NCBI GenBank assembly: GCA_963707025.1
Contig: CAVPOM010000009.1
Coordinates: 192,001 to 256,000 of the forward strand
Length of the DNA stretch: 64,000 nt
Source of the DNA: an uncultured Verrucomicrobiae bacterium
Lineage (GTDB): Bacteria > Verrucomicrobiota > Verrucomicrobiia > Limisphaerales > Palsa-1400
Direction of reading: 5' to 3'
The position numbers were made by a program, and so were the translations under genes. Each line of letters starts with the position of its first letter. The stretch's first letter is position 1. The notes under the pieces were generated by a model. That model made no database searches, had not been told where the DNA came from, and saw only the letters and a list, made by a program, of their open reading frames with translations. Shown here piece by piece: positions 1 through 9,315 of this stretch.

Positions 1-188
1 GGTTGCGAGGAACGAGCTACCTTGGGTGAGATCATAGAAGAATCACAACCCTGAACGGGTTGAATCTGATTCCTAAGGCCTTGATATTCAACCCTTTCAG
101 GGTTGGATGACTCGAATGCATTTACCCAGGGTAGGCCTCTCGGAATCGGCCAACCCTGGGCTGGATGATTCAATCCATGTGGGATTGG
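1..188. repeat. Nested palindromic REP/REPIN-like cluster
   Basis: CAACCCTGAACGGGTTGAAT (46-65) is an inverted copy (1 mismatch) of ATTCAACCCTTTCAGGGTTG (86-105); each is itself a hairpin; outer arms CTACCTTGGGT / ACCCAGGGTAG also pair. Confidence 0.7.
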
Positions 189-209
189 CATGGTCAAGGC
201 TGAAAAGTT

Positions 210-257
210 GGTTTGACCGGGCTTGACCGGTTTGACCGGGTTGACTGGTCTGACCGG
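210..257. repeat. Short tandem repeat, five ~9-bp units GG(T/G)(T/C)TGAC(C/T)
   Basis: ggtttgacc gggcttgacc ggtttgacc gggttgact ggtctgacc read directly. Confidence 0.75.
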
Positions 258-744
258 CGGTGTCGGTTTCGCGCCACAGGCGGACTTTGCGCCACCGCCA
301 AGGCTGTGGCCGGAGAATTTGGAGGGCCAGGGCTTGGCCCCGCCGGGAAGGACCGCGCCAGGACTCCGCGCCGCTGGCCGTTGGGGCTTGATCCTGATCT
401 TTGCCTCTGCGCTTCGACTGCCGCCGCTGGTCTCACAGGGATGATTTAACCATAGGTAGTAAGATGTGTCAATGGCTTTTTAGAGGATTTTTTCTGGAAG
501 CGCGGTCAACCGCGGATGGACACGGCTGGACGCGGATGTGGAAGCAGTTTTGAACGGGAGAAGGCGCAATGCGAACATTTGCAGAAAGAAAACGATGTCA
601 GAAAAATGGGGGCAGAAAAATGAAATCGGCCCGCTTCGCTCTGCACCGGGGGCGGGGCGGATGATGTTTCCGCCCGGGATTTCTCTGACATCCTCTCCGC
701 GAAAAATCGGCGATGGTTTTTCCGTCAACGCCATGGGACAAAGT

Positions 745-882
745 TAGAGCGGTTTCACAAATACTGTAGCCGCCTTACGCGGCAGGGTCCCGGTCCCGAA
801 TTATCGGGACCCGCCGCGGCGCGCACGGAGTGCGCGCCCTACCATCCTCGTTTAGGGCTGCACAGTTTCTTAAACCGCCCTA
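745..882. mobile_element. MITE-like element with TA-flanked inverted ends, carrying a GTAG-type REP
   Basis: Ends TAGAGCGGTTT / AAACCGCCCTA; internal hairpin 792-811; reverse complement of 818-843 is GGTAGGGCGCGCACTCCGTGCGCGCC. Confidence 0.55.
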
Positions 883-902
883 ATTTGGAGCCCTTTACCG
901 AA

Positions 903-2420
903 TCACGGCTGGCTCAAGCGGAAGAACAAACTCCCGGGCGGCGCCGGGATACTGAGGAGATTATTCGTCCCGTCATCGGAAATGCCGCTGCTCGGCGTCC
1001 AATTGGTGGTGCTTAAATCCGGATTCTGCCGCAAGGTCCAGCCGGCCGAGGGATACGGCCAGGAAAGGCGCAGGCCATTGCCTGAATGGGTGATGCTCAA
1101 CTGGGGCGCCAGTGCGACGTTGGCGACAGATTGGCCGGGGTTGGCGACCCGGCCCAGGAAGCGCAGGCTGCCGGATTGGTTGTCGCGAATGAAAAAAATG
1201 AACGGATGATCGGCCCGGAAGACCAGAGCCGGCGGCATGGCAAGGATCCCGACGATCGTGACCGTTGCCGCGGCCGCTTCCGTGCCAGCCTCGTTCACCG
1301 CCACCCACGCTTTATGGACGACATCCGAAATATAGAGATCCTCCGCCCCGTCTATTCCGGAAAAGTCTGCTGCGCCCGGGGCAAAGGCCTCCGGCATGCC
1401 CATTTCACCCAGCGTTGCCGTGAGGTCGAAGGAAGACTCCAAGGCAAACCTTGGCAGGATGACTTCGAGGAACTGCGGACTCATTTGCGCGAGCACGCCG
1501 GCAAGAAAAGCGGGAGAGAGTTGCTGCTCCAGTTGCCGCCAGCCCTCGACTTGCGCCGGCAGCAGTATCACCATCGAAGCCTGGTTGCTGGCGTAGGGCA
1601 GCTCGATCGCCTGGAAATTGCTCCCTCTCATGTAATGGAAGGCCATGCCGCCGCTGCCCTCGTAGATCGGGTTTGGCTGATCCATCAGCGGAACCTCCAC
1701 TTGACTGTTGCTGGAGAGGTAGAACGGCTGGGTCAAAGTATTGCTGACGGCAAAGGCCTGAGTCCATGCGCCCAGGAAGTAGATGGCGTTAGCCAGAACC
1801 AGCCTGGTTCTGGAGGTGATGCTGCCAGAGGGGAGAATATTTTGGATTTTGTTCCGGGTCTGTTGCGCGACCCAGTTGTTGATGTCCTGCGTGGCGGCAT
1901 TCGCCCCGGTGCTGAAGTCAGCCTGGTTGACGCTGGCCTGGTATTGGTTGGTGGCCGTTTCCAGAAACGCGGGCAGGAAAGGAAAGCCTTGCTGGGTCCA
2001 CAGCGCATTGGCGGTGTTTAGCTCGAGAACGTTGGTCTGTTGGGTCGCTTCGAGTTGGGCCTGGAGTTCTGCGAAGAGGGAGGCGAAATGCGGCTGATTG
2101 GTGCCAAACCCCATGACTTGGGCCATTTGTGCCGCCGTCCCGCCGCGGGCGCCCGCGTACGTCATGGCCAGGCAGGTGGAGATGCTGTAAGGGGAGAAGA
2201 ACAGATTGCCTTGGTTGGTGGCGAGCTGTCCGTAAAGGTTCAGGGCAAAGGCGGTGTTGCTGGCAACGAGGGGTTGCAGTTGGGCTGTTCCAGACATGGG
2301 GCCGGACAGAAGAAGGCACCCCAACAGCCCCAACAAGCTGGGTTTTACAAACTGTCCCCGGTGCCGGCTTTTGCATCGGGTCAGCACCAAATCAAGAAAA
2401 AAACCGTTTTTGTTTTTCAT
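903..2420 (-). CDS. Secreted serpin (MEROPS I4) with C-terminal beta-rich extension
   Basis: NLFFSPYSI, LANAIYFLGAW, hinge NEAGTEAAAAT, signature FRADHPFIFFI; hydrophobic signal LLGLLGCLLLSG; start uncertain (ATG 2420 or 2426). Confidence 0.9.
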   Translation of the reverse strand: MKNKNGFFLDLVLTRCKSRHRGQFVKPSLLGLLGCLLLSGPMSGTAQLQPLVASNTAFALNLYGQLATNQGNLFFSPYSISTCLAMTYAGARGGTAAQMAQVMGFGTNQPHFASLFAELQAQLEATQQTNVLELNTANALWTQQGFPFLPAFLETATNQYQASVNQADFSTGANAATQDINNWVAQQTRNKIQNILPSGSITSRTRLVLANAIYFLGAWTQAFAVSNTLTQPFYLSSNSQVEVPLMDQPNPIYEGSGGMAFHYMRGSNFQAIELPYASNQASMVILLPAQVEGWRQLEQQLSPAFLAGVLAQMSPQFLEVILPRFALESSFDLTATLGEMGMPEAFAPGAADFSGIDGAEDLYISDVVHKAWVAVNEAGTEAAAATVTIVGILAMPPALVFRADHPFIFFIRDNQSGSLRFLGRVANPGQSVANVALAPQLSITHSGNGLRLSWPYPSAGWTLRQNPDLSTTNWTPSSGISDDGTNNLLSIPAPPGSLFFRLSQP

Positions 2421-2651
2421 AATCATCCTTGCGCGGAAGGAGGCGCCGTCAATGCGCAAGGATCGGTTTGGGTGCTGTCCATGCGAATAGTCCCGGGAAG
2501 ACTGCCAGACGGCGCCCGAAGCGATGTCCGCAACAACGTGTTCATATACTCTGCTAAAAGTTCTCTGCAACGGCAAGGTCACCCGAAGCAAGACTGACCC
2601 AAAACAAATTTGCCCGCGAGGAACGTCCAGATCAAGCCAAAACGGGTGAAA

Positions 2652-2864
2652 TCAGGAATGCGCCCGCGCGGCATGACCGTTTTGAGCAAGTGAAAAGCAA
2701 CGGTCGAAGGCATTCCGCCAGGCCGTTTCGCCCTTGTCCGCCGGTGGGCCATGCAGGATGGCGGGCCGGTGGCCGCGCGCCTTTAATTCCGCCGCCACCG
2801 CCAGGACGTTCGATTCCGCGCCCCCAAACGCGCCGAAGCGCTCGTGAACAAAAAGCAATTTCAT
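2652..2864 (-). pseudogene. N-terminal remnant of a family 4 glycosyltransferase
   Basis: MKLLFVHERFGAFGGAESNVLAVAAELKARGH is the GT4 start motif (GGAE...L..RGH); stops after ~70 codons. Confidence 0.7.
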
Positions 2865-2923
2865 CGTTGTTGGCTCCAATTGCCACATGCCTCCAATGTA
2901 GAAACGAAGTGACAAACCGCAAA

Positions 2924-3063
2924 GTGGGTGAAGCCCTACAACGTGGCGCGAAAAGACCCCCCCTTTCCGGAAAAGTGCGCCCTCCAGCCCCCGGCATTGG
3001 ACAAAGGCTCTGCGGTCGAGGGCATGGGGTGTTTACCTACCCAGTATGGGGTATAGACCTACT
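2924..3063 (+). promoter_or_regulatory. Candidate NarL/LuxR-type operator boxes upstream of rsbR
   Basis: GTGGGTGAAGCCCTAC (2924), TGGGGTGTTTACCTAC (3025), TGGGGTATAGACCTAC (3047); last two 22 bp apart. Confidence 0.55.
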
Positions 3064-3174
3064 ACCCGATTCCAGTCTGCGCCGCGTAGATTATGGCTTA
3101 AAGCAACGGCGTCGCCAATCGCAAACCAGACGAACCCAAAACATTATCATGATGAATTCCAATGGAGGCAAAAA

Positions 3175-4131
3175 ATGAAGCGCAAAGAAAAGAAGGACTT
3201 TCCCGGCGCCAGTCAATCCAACTTCGGGTCGGCGCGCGCCATCAATGCCACCGCCACGCCGCCGATGAGCGAAGCCAGCGCGGCTTTGCTGCGCGAACTG
3301 GTGTCGCATTTGCGGCAAAACCGGACCCAACTCCGCGAGGAGTGGGCGCGGCGCATCACGGAGGCGAAATTGTTGACAGCGATGACCAAGGACGAAATCT
3401 TCACGGAGGCCACGTCGGTGTATGACAACTACGTCGAGGTGCTGGAAACCGGCAGCGTCGAGGCGTTGCAAGCCTACGCGCGCAACTTGTCCGAGCGCAT
3501 CATTCCGCGCGGGGTCGAGACCAATGAAGTGGTCGGCATTGTGCTGCTGCTGCGCGACGTGCTGGCGCGGTCGCTGTTCAAAAAGTACCAGGCGGATTTT
3601 GAGCTGCTGAACCAGGTGCTGGACGCCTATGAGCCGGCGGCCAACCGGATCGCCAACACCGTGGCCGTCAGCTTCGTGCAGGAACGCGAGCGGGTCATCA
3701 GCAAGCAACAGGAAGCCATTCGCGAGCTGTCCACGCCGGTGTTGCAGGTGCGGGAACGGTTGTTAATTCTGCCGATCATCGGTGTGATTGACTCGCAACG
3801 CGCCCGGCAATTGACCGAGCAACTCCTGCGCGGCATCCGCAACAACCGCGCCAAGGTCGTGGTGGTTGACATCACCGGCGTGCCGACCATTGACTCGACG
3901 GTGGCGAACCATCTGGTGCAGACGGTGGAGGCCTCGCGGCTCATGGGGGCCAGCGTCATCATTACCGGGCTGTCTTCGGAAATCGCCCAGACCCTGGTCA
4001 CGATCGGAGTGGATTTGAGCAAGATGAACGCGGTCGGCGACTTGCAGGGCGGCATCGAGGAAGCCGAACGCCTGCTGGGCTACAAGGTCATCCTGACCGC
4101 CGCCACGCCCACGCCGGAGCCGGAGACCTAA
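3175..4131 (+). CDS. rsbR: Stressosome sensor RsbR (RsbRD_N-like + STAS)
   Basis: IRELSTPVLQV..LILPIIGVIDSQRA, VVVVDITGVPTIDSTVA; GGAGG at 3164 before ATG 3175. Confidence 0.92.
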   Translation: MKRKEKKDFPGASQSNFGSARAINATATPPMSEASAALLRELVSHLRQNRTQLREEWARRITEAKLLTAMTKDEIFTEATSVYDNYVEVLETGSVEALQAYARNLSERIIPRGVETNEVVGIVLLLRDVLARSLFKKYQADFELLNQVLDAYEPAANRIANTVAVSFVQERERVISKQQEAIRELSTPVLQVRERLLILPIIGVIDSQRARQLTEQLLRGIRNNRAKVVVVDITGVPTIDSTVANHLVQTVEASRLMGASVIITGLSSEIAQTLVTIGVDLSKMNAVGDLQGGIEEAERLLGYKVILTAATPTPEPET

Positions 4132-4137
4132 GGCGTC

Positions 4138-4512
4138 ATGCACGTTCCCATTCTCAAACAGGGCGACTGTTTGATCGCCAGCATCCAGTCCGTTTTGTCG
4201 GACGCCGATCTGCTGCAACTGCGGGACGATCTGGCGGACCGGGTGGGACAATTCCGTTCGCGCGGAGTCATTATTGATGTTACTGTATTGGATGTGATTG
4301 ATTCATTCGCGACGCGGACGCTGCGGGCGGTGGCCCACATGTTAAAGTTGCGCGGGGCGGAAACGGTCATAGTGGGCATACAGCCTGATGTTGCGTTTGC
4401 GATGGTGCAATTGGGATTGACCTTGGAAGGCGTCGGGACGGCGCTGGATTTGGAAGAGGGACTGGCCTATCTCGACCGTTGGTCCAAGAAAGCGTTGAAA
4501 CATGGAAAATGA
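4138..4512 (+). CDS. rsbS: Stressosome scaffold RsbS (STAS)
   Basis: VPILKQG, GVIIDVTVLDVIDSF (phospho-Ser equivalent to B. subtilis S59), GIQPDVA, TALDLEEG. Confidence 0.92.
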   Translation: MHVPILKQGDCLIASIQSVLSDADLLQLRDDLADRVGQFRSRGVIIDVTVLDVIDSFATRTLRAVAHMLKLRGAETVIVGIQPDVAFAMVQLGLTLEGVGTALDLEEGLAYLDRWSKKALKHGK

Positions 4513-4903
4513 GACTCGAGTGGCGATCAGTTCCGCTGCTGATATCGTGGCCGCGCGCCAAAAGGGGCGGTCCCTGGCGACGGAGTTGGGTTTTGACGGG
4601 TCTGATTTGACCCTGATCGCCACGGCCATCTCCGAGGTGGCGCGCAATATTGTCACCCACGCCAAGTCCGGGGAAATCGTTCTCGCTTCGATCAACCATT
4701 CCAGCAAACGAGGCATCACCATCGTGGCGCGTGACCACGGCCCAGGCATCCCGGATGTGAACCGGGCCATGCAATACGGCTATTCCACGGCCAAGGGATT
4801 GGGTGTCGGGCTGCCGGGAGCAAAATGGCTGATGGACGAATTTGAGATTGAGTCCAAAGCCGGCAATGGCACAAAAGTAACCATGAAAAAATGGCTGAAG
4901 TAA
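4502..4903 (+). CDS. rsbT: Stressosome Ser/Thr switch kinase RsbT
   Basis: DIVAARQ, ATAISEVARNI, DHGPGIPD, GYST..GLGVGLPG. Confidence 0.92.
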   Translation: MENETRVAISSAADIVAARQKGRSLATELGFDGSDLTLIATAISEVARNIVTHAKSGEIVLASINHSSKRGITIVARDHGPGIPDVNRAMQYGYSTAKGLGVGLPGAKWLMDEFEIESKAGNGTKVTMKKWLK

Positions 4904-5533
4904 ATGGACGGTCGAGTTATAGAAGAAAGCACTTTGATTGATTGGAGTGTGGCGGCGCGGCCGATTTCCGGCCAGAGCGTCTCGGGCGATTTGCATTTGG
5001 TCAAGCGGTTGCGGCACCGCGTTTTGGTGGCGGTGGTGGACGGGGTCGGCCATGGCGACGAGGCGGCGGCCGCAGCGCGCACGGCGGTGGAGATACTGGA
5101 AAGCTATTCAGGGGAAACGGCGATTTCGCTGATCAAGCGCTGTCATGCGGTGCTGGTGGGAATGCGCGGTGTGGTGATGACGGTCGCAGAATTGAACACG
5201 GAAGAAAACACCATGACGTGGCTTGGCGTGGGCAATGTCGAAGGCCGGCTCTTGCGGGCGGACCCTGCGGCGCGTCCTGCCTGCGAAAGTGTGTTATTGC
5301 GCGGCGGGCTGGTTGGCTACCAACTGCCCTCGCTCCAAGCCGGCGTCATTCCCGTGGCGGCGGGTGATTTGCTGATTCTGGCGACGGACGGCATCCACCC
5401 GGTGTTTGAAGACGGAATTAAAATAAATGAAGCACCCAAACAGATCGCCGAGAGGATTTTGAGCCGGCATTTCAAGGGGAAGGATGACGCGCTGGTGCTG
5501 GTGGCGCGCTATCTCGGAAGACAACATGAATAA
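4904..5533 (+). CDS. rsbX: PP2C/SpoIIE-type phosphatase RsbX
   Basis: SGD, VVDGVGHG, GVGNVEG, LATDG, DDALVLV; abuts rsbT stop. Confidence 0.88.
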   Translation: MDGRVIEESTLIDWSVAARPISGQSVSGDLHLVKRLRHRVLVAVVDGVGHGDEAAAAARTAVEILESYSGETAISLIKRCHAVLVGMRGVVMTVAELNTEENTMTWLGVGNVEGRLLRADPAARPACESVLLRGGLVGYQLPSLQAGVIPVAAGDLLILATDGIHPVFEDGIKINEAPKQIAERILSRHFKGKDDALVLVARYLGRQHE

Positions 5534-6677
5534 TCACCTGAAAGGGCTGGCACGGTCTTATGCCGTGACCTTGCGGAAATACCTGGCGGACCAACAGGAG
5601 GCGGTCCTGGCGCAGGCCTACGAGTTGGGGCGCACTGCGATTGCCAGCGAAATGGGAGTTTTGGACATGGCGCGGGTCCACCAAGATGCGTTGGGACAAT
5701 TGCTCCTTTGTCCGGCAGGAGCCCAAGGCAACGGACGCGTCTTAAAGGCTGCGGAGGTCTTTTTCCTGGAATCATTATCGCCTTTTGAAGCGCTCCATCG
5801 CGGTTTCCGCGAGATGAACTTCGAATTGCGGGAACGAAACCAGGAATTGGAAGTGGAAATCAGCGAGCGCAAGCGAGCCGAAGACGCCCTGCGGCGGAGT
5901 GAGCAGCACTCCCGCCGGTTATGCAACGAGGCGCAGGCCATGCAGGAGGATTTGCGAAACCTCTCCAACAAAATCCTCCGGACGCAGGAAGAGGAACGCC
6001 AACACATCAGCCGGGAACTGCACGATGAAGTGGGCCAGTCGTTGACGGCCATTAGCATCACCCTGGCCGCCATGAATCATAGTGGCGACGGCAGTTCAGG
6101 GATGAGCGGCCAGAAACTCGTCCATACTCAGCGATTGCTGAAAGAGACCATGGATGCGGTCCACCGCTTTGCCCGAGATTTGCGGCCCGCGATGTTGGAC
6201 GAATTAGGACTTTTGCCTGCCTTGCGGTCCTACTTGCAGGGATTTGCCGACCGCACCGGACTGCGTGTCCGTTTTCGCGGAAACCCCATCGCCGAAAAAC
6301 TGGGCAACGATCAAAAGATTGTCGTGTTCAGAATCGCCCAAGAAAGCCTCACCAATGTAAGCAAACACGCGCGCGCCAGCCAGGTGGATGTTGCGGTTCG
6401 CAAGCTTAAGAAGGGCGTCTGCATCGAGATTGTGGATAACGGCAGATCCTTCAAGACCGCCCCATCGAATTCCGCCAAGAGCAACGGGCGACTCGGTTTA
6501 CTGGGCATGCAGGAGCGCGTGCGGCTGGTCAAAGGGCAGTTTGCCGTCAAGCCGCAACCGGGCAAGGGAACCATTATTCGAGCAGTTATTCCGTTCAGCT
6601 ACAATGCAATATGGCTCCCCTCGGCGGCTCCGGATCGCTCGAATAACAAAAGACAGTCTGCGCAAGCGCGGACATAA
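5526..6677 (+). CDS. Histidine kinase: RsbU N-terminal domain + HisKA_3 + HATPase
   Basis: SYAVTLRKYLADQQEAVLAQAYELGR...VHQDAL aligns by eye with the RsbU N-terminus; EEERQHISRELHDEVGQ, QESLTNVSKHA, LGLLGMQER. Confidence 0.85.
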   Translation: MNNHLKGLARSYAVTLRKYLADQQEAVLAQAYELGRTAIASEMGVLDMARVHQDALGQLLLCPAGAQGNGRVLKAAEVFFLESLSPFEALHRGFREMNFELRERNQELEVEISERKRAEDALRRSEQHSRRLCNEAQAMQEDLRNLSNKILRTQEEERQHISRELHDEVGQSLTAISITLAAMNHSGDGSSGMSGQKLVHTQRLLKETMDAVHRFARDLRPAMLDELGLLPALRSYLQGFADRTGLRVRFRGNPIAEKLGNDQKIVVFRIAQESLTNVSKHARASQVDVAVRKLKKGVCIEIVDNGRSFKTAPSNSAKSNGRLGLLGMQERVRLVKGQFAVKPQPGKGTIIRAVIPFSYNAIWLPSAAPDRSNNKRQSAQART

Positions 6678-6714
6678 CATAAATCACGAAACCTTGACAT
6701 ACCCAGGAATGATT

Positions 6715-7389
6715 ATGGAAAAGATCAAAGTTCTACTCGCTGACGATCACGCCGTAGTCCGGCAAGGCTTGAAGGTCCTGCTGGAGGCGCAACAGGACAT
6801 CACTGTCGTGGGAGAAGCCGAGACAGGCCGGCAGGCTCTGCGGATGGCTTTGAAACTACAGCCGGACGTGGTGGTGATAGATGTGGCCATGCCCCTGCTT
6901 AACGGCGTCGAGGCCACGCGGCAAATTATCAAGGATGTTCCCGCCACACGTGTTCTGGTGCTCTCATCCTACAGCGACGACGAATACATTCGCCAGGTGA
7001 CCGAGGCAGGCGCGGCGGGTTATTTGCTCAAGCAAACCGCCGCCGAGGATTTGATCAGGGCGATCCGTGAAGCCAGAAACGGAAACGCCTTTTTCAGCCC
7101 GGCCATCTCCAGACGCCTTCTGGAAAACTATCGCGATTCGTTTTTGAAAGGTGTGCCGCCCGGGATGCGGGTTGACCGGCTTACTTCGCGCGAGGCCGAG
7201 GTATTGCAACTCGTCGCCGAAGGCAAGGTCAACAAGCAAATCGCCGGGGAACTCTGTGTCAGCGTGAAGACGGTGGAAAAGCATCGCCAGCAAGTGATGA
7301 ACAAGCTGAACCTTCACGATGTGGCGGGCCTGACACGTTACGCCATTTCCAAGGGCATCATCGAAAGCACAGTGGGACCGCGGTTTTGA
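6715..7389 (+). CDS. NarL/LuxR-family response regulator
   Basis: VLLADDHAVVRQG, PDVVVIDVAMP, LTSREAEVL, SVKTVEKHR. Confidence 0.92.
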   Translation: MEKIKVLLADDHAVVRQGLKVLLEAQQDITVVGEAETGRQALRMALKLQPDVVVIDVAMPLLNGVEATRQIIKDVPATRVLVLSSYSDDEYIRQVTEAGAAGYLLKQTAAEDLIRAIREARNGNAFFSPAISRRLLENYRDSFLKGVPPGMRVDRLTSREAEVLQLVAEGKVNKQIAGELCVSVKTVEKHRQQVMNKLNLHDVAGLTRYAISKGIIESTVGPRF

Positions 7390-7461
7390 ACAGGTTTACG
7401 GCGCCCGAACAATTTGGTGGAAGCGCGCCGTCATTGAGGATGACAAGCAGTCGGTCCATGA

Positions 7462-7583
7462 TGACCGCCAAGGGCAAGCTGGTGTCGCCAGCGCGGGTGA
7501 AGGTGAACGCGGCGTAATTCGTCGTGCCGACAACCGACGTTGGGACGGCCGCCGCGAGGGTGATGGTTGGCAAGGCCCCAGGG
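7462..7583 (-). pseudogene. Calx-beta-like domain remnant, N-terminal half
   Basis: LPTITLAAAVPTSVVGTTNYAAFTFTRAGDTSLPLAV; no start or continuation. Confidence 0.5.
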
Positions 7584-8213
7584 TCAGTCCACCAGATTGT
7601 TTTGGACGGCGTAGTGTGTCAGTTCAGCGTTGTTCTTCATGTCCATCTTTTCGAGCAATCGTGCGCGGTAGGTGCTGATGGTTTTAACGCTCAGGTTTAG
7701 CTCCCGGCCAATCTGGCTGACGGTTTTGCCGGAGCCAATCAAGCGCAAGACCAGAAACTCGCGGTCGGACAGCCGTTCGTGCGGCGCCTTCTGCACGTCA
7801 ATGGTCAGGTAGGACGCCATGCGCTCGGCGAGCGCCGGGCTGATGTAGCGCCCGCCACTCATCACTTTTTTGATCGCGCCGACCAGTTCCACGTCCGCGC
7901 TTTCCTTGGTCAAGTAGCCGGCCGCGCCGGATTTAAGCATCCGCACGGCGAATTGATCTTCGGGGTGCATGCTTAAGATGACAACGGGCAGCTTGGGCCT
8001 GAGCCGTTTGGCCTCCCGCAAGGTTTCCAGTCCGCTGCGACCGGGCATGGTGATGTCGAGAATCATCACATCCCAATTCTCCTTCATGATGCGGTTCAAC
8101 GCTTCCGTCGCGTTGCGCGCCTGGCCGAACACCGCTTTCGGGAAATGGTCAGCCAGAATCAGTTTCAGGCCCTGCCGCACGACGGCGTGGTCGTCTGTGA
8201 TAAGTATTTTCAT
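7584..8213 (-). CDS. NarL/UvrY-type response regulator
   Basis: MKILITDDHAVVRQG, ILDITMPGRSG, LSDREF, LSVKTISTYR. Confidence 0.92.
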   Translation of the reverse strand: MKILITDDHAVVRQGLKLILADHFPKAVFGQARNATEALNRIMKENWDVMILDITMPGRSGLETLREAKRLRPKLPVVILSMHPEDQFAVRMLKSGAAGYLTKESADVELVGAIKKVMSGGRYISPALAERMASYLTIDVQKAPHERLSDREFLVLRLIGSGKTVSQIGRELNLSVKTISTYRARLLEKMDMKNNAELTHYAVQNNLVD

Positions 8214-9315
8214 TCGAGTCCAATTTCTTGTGCGCAGGGTTTTTTCGCGGCCGCGGAATGCGCACACTGACGGTTGTGCCCTTGCCCGGCTCGCCGCGCC
8301 ACCGCACTTCGCCGCCGAGCAGGGCGGCGCGTTCGCGCATACCAATCAAGCCGATGGATTTTGTGTTTAGAATCTCGCTTTCGGAAATGCCGCGGCCGTT
8401 GTCCTTCACTTCCAAAACGAAATGTTCCGCCGCTTCGATCAATCGCACTTCGACTTTGCTGGCGTTGGCATGGCGGATGATGTTGGTGAGCGTCTCCTGG
8501 AAAATACGGAAGAAAGCCGTGTTCAGGTCCTGATTGAGAATGGGATCGCGGATGGCCACGTTCACATGGCACAGGATGCCGGACTGCTTCTGGAATTCAT
8601 TCGTTTGCCACTCCAGGGCGGCGGGCAGTCCGGCGGTGTCGAGCAGTCCGGGTCGCAATTCCGTAACGATGCGGCGGACGGCTTGGATTGTTTCGTCAAT
8701 GCTGTCGGCCATCGCGTGAATCTTGCCATGAAGCGATTTCAGATTCTTCGGCAAACGGCCGGCCAGCCATGTCAGTTGAAGTTTCAGTCCCGTGAGCGAC
8801 TGCCCCAGTTCATCATGAACCTCGCGCGCGATGCGGATGCGCTCCTCCTCGCGCACATATTGCAAATGAACGGACAGCGCGCGGAGCTGCTCGTGGGACT
8901 GCCGGAGCCGTTCCTCCGCGCGCTTGCGTTCGCTCCGCTCCTCCGCCTCCCGCAAAGCGCGATGGACCGACGGCACCAGGCGCGAGAGGCGTTGCTTGAG
9001 CACGTAATCGGTCGCGCCTTTCTTGAGCGTTTCAATCGCCACCTCCTCGCCCAACGTGCCGGTGACGAAGAGGAACGGCACGGCGGGACATTTTTCCCGC
9101 GCGATTTCCAGTGCTGTGCAGCCGTCGAGCGAAGGCAACGAAAAATCGGCGAGGATCAAGTCCGGAGAAAATGTTGCAAGCTGCTGGACAAAGGCGGCCT
9201 TGTTGTCAACGTGGCGCCAGCAGAAGGCAAGCCCCCCCACGCGCAAGGCGTGACGAACCAGGTCGGCATCCGTCGCACTGTCTTCCAGCAGGATGATGCG
9301 AATCTCATTCTTCAA
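8149..9315 (-). CDS. Receiver + HisKA_3 histidine kinase
   Basis: IILLEDS, PDLILADF, GATDYVLK; REEERIRIAREVHDELGQ; TTG start overlapping upstream stop. Confidence 0.9.
   Translation of the reverse strand: MKNEIRIILLEDSATDADLVRHALRVGGLAFCWRHVDNKAAFVQQLATFSPDLILADFSLPSLDGCTALEIAREKCPAVPFLFVTGTLGEEVAIETLKKGATDYVLKQRLSRLVPSVHRALREAEERSERKRAEERLRQSHEQLRALSVHLQYVREEERIRIAREVHDELGQSLTGLKLQLTWLAGRLPKNLKSLHGKIHAMADSIDETIQAVRRIVTELRPGLLDTAGLPAALEWQTNEFQKQSGILCHVNVAIRDPILNQDLNTAFFRIFQETLTNIIRHANASKVEVRLIEAAEHFVLEVKDNGRGISESEILNTKSIGLIGMRERAALLGGEVRWRGEPGKGTTVSVRIPRPRKNPAHKKLDSNENTYHRRPRRRAAGPETDSG

Noticed and set aside
672..690. Fourth copy of the 48-bp motif (GCCCGGGATTTCTCTGACA)
   Set aside because: Only the first half matches, with several mismatches, and no clear target gene
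194..747. Short ORFs at the window start
   Set aside because: Driven by tandem repeats, no motifs or RBS, overlapping on both strands
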